64,000 bases of DNA from Eledone cirrhosa. Lineage: Eukaryota. The stretch covers positions 329,096,001 to 329,160,000 of the forward strand of contig OZ024741.1 in assembly GCA_964016885.1 (NCBI GenBank). The letters are read 5' to 3'. The translations under genes and the position numbers were made by a program. Positions 62,521 to 64,000 of this stretch are shown piece by piece; the first letter of the stretch is position 1, and every line of letters starts with the position of its first letter. Under the pieces are notes generated by a model, which searched no databases, had not been told where the DNA came from, and was given only the letters and a program-made list of their open reading frames with translations.

Positions 62521-64000
62521 AACACATCATAAGCTATATATTGAAAAAAAGGCTACGCGACTGAATGACATAAAGACACTGACAAGTTCGTTCCAGGCTC
62601 TAGAAAAAACAAACGGTCTGTCTTCTCCGTTTGCTTTTTCTACCACTAATATAATGGCTTCTGCTCTTTAAAACTGGTTGACCACATGCTGCATCACACG
62701 TCTCTCCTCTCTGATACTCTATGTCGTGTCCCCCCCACCCATATCCCTCCCATACGAACCAAAACGCTCCGTCCTTCTTCCTAGAACACAGCTACACACA
62801 TTCAAATTCTTTGCTTGCACATGCCTTTCCTGCGGTTGTCAAACTGCACCAATTCATTCTAAACATCAACAGAATCGGCCTCAGACAGACTGCAGTGATA
62901 ATGGACACGGTCCCTTCCCCCAGATGTAACAAATACAAGCAAAGCATGACACACTCAATGGACTAACTAGCATCGGTATCTTTGAACTGTATAGAGACAA
63001 CGAGTTAGCAGTTTCGACATTAAGAATGTATGCATAGACAAACATTAGAAACACATTGGCATCTAGTAAAATATCAGAGAATTGCAAACAGAGAGAAGGA
63101 AATTCATTTAAAGAGACGGATCAATAGACACATAAGCATAAGCACACACAGTGGTATATGTATACATATGTAGATAAATATATATGCACCTGCGTATGTA
63201 TATGTATGTGTATATGTATATGTATACATATCTAAGTATGTGTATAAATACAAATATATATATTTATATATATATGTGTGTGTTTGTTTGAGTATGTGTA
63301 TGCATATATACATGCATAACGATACATATATATATATATTATATTAAGGATACTATTTATAGTTATTTACATTTTAAACTATAAAAAGGGAAGGTCAGTA
63401 ATTTATTACTACCTTATTACCAGTAAGATAAATAGCTCAATGTAAGAACATCAGTTGTTCTACAGAGCAGTTATATAGAATTCACAAGAATCAAAGCTAT
63501 GTTCAAAGCATTTATTCACTTACAATTGTTTCATCCAAACCTGGAGTCTCCAGAGCATTTTTCAATGCCTATACATATAATTGACCTCCTATCCAACGCA
63601 AGAGACATACAGATACATATATATATATTGATGTACAGTGGAGTGACATATATTATACTATACTATCTCTGTACAGCAATTCAAATTTAAAATCAAAATT
63701 AAAATACATGCAGCAGATAACACAGATAATGCAATAGGATAGTTCGATAATCAGATCTAGTAGATAGTGTATGCGTTAGTCATACATGGTGCATGCAAGT
63801 GTGTCTCATTTATATACGAGTATTGTGTGGCAAGGTGTTACATGTAATGCAAGCACTTTAAGCGGGTAAGCAAGAGTATTATAGTGGTTGTAGTGGGAGG
63901 GTATTTTTTGTATAGATCAAAAAAGTATGTGTGCAGAAAAAGAAAAGAAAAAGAAAAAGAAAAAGAAAAAGAAAGTTATAGTTTTCGCATCCACCACCAT

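Overview
Eukaryotic, AT-rich, microsatellite-dense intergenic/intronic DNA. It is most likely mollusc (cephalopod-like; an inference from the SINE/LINE repertoire and the dense (TA)/(CA)/(GA)/(GATA) repeats). No intact host gene is evident, and nearly all protein-like ORFs belong to decayed transposons. These include two near-identical RTE-clade LINEs in inverted orientation (1-2856 +, 19777-24005 -), an R4/Dong-type RLE LINE (about 15840-19790 +), and three L1/Tx1-clade LINEs stacked head-to-tail with a (GATA)n tract at every junction (33180-45815 -). There is also a Rep/Helicase Helitron (50163-54596) with non-autonomous Helitrons, a Tc1/mariner remnant, a mariner MITE and many tRNA-derived SINEs. 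Strongest observations: (1) an apparently (GATA)n-targeting Tx1 lineage, one member of which has splice signals placed to express ORF1, ORF2 or a fusion; (2) several minimal type I hammerhead ribozymes with covarying stems in Penelope-like pseudo-LTR fold-backs; (3) a bipartite RTE-derived short element whose junction exposes a complementary 5'UTR/3'UTR panhandle in the parent LINE. All calls were made by eye with no database searches, and boundaries are approximate unless stated.
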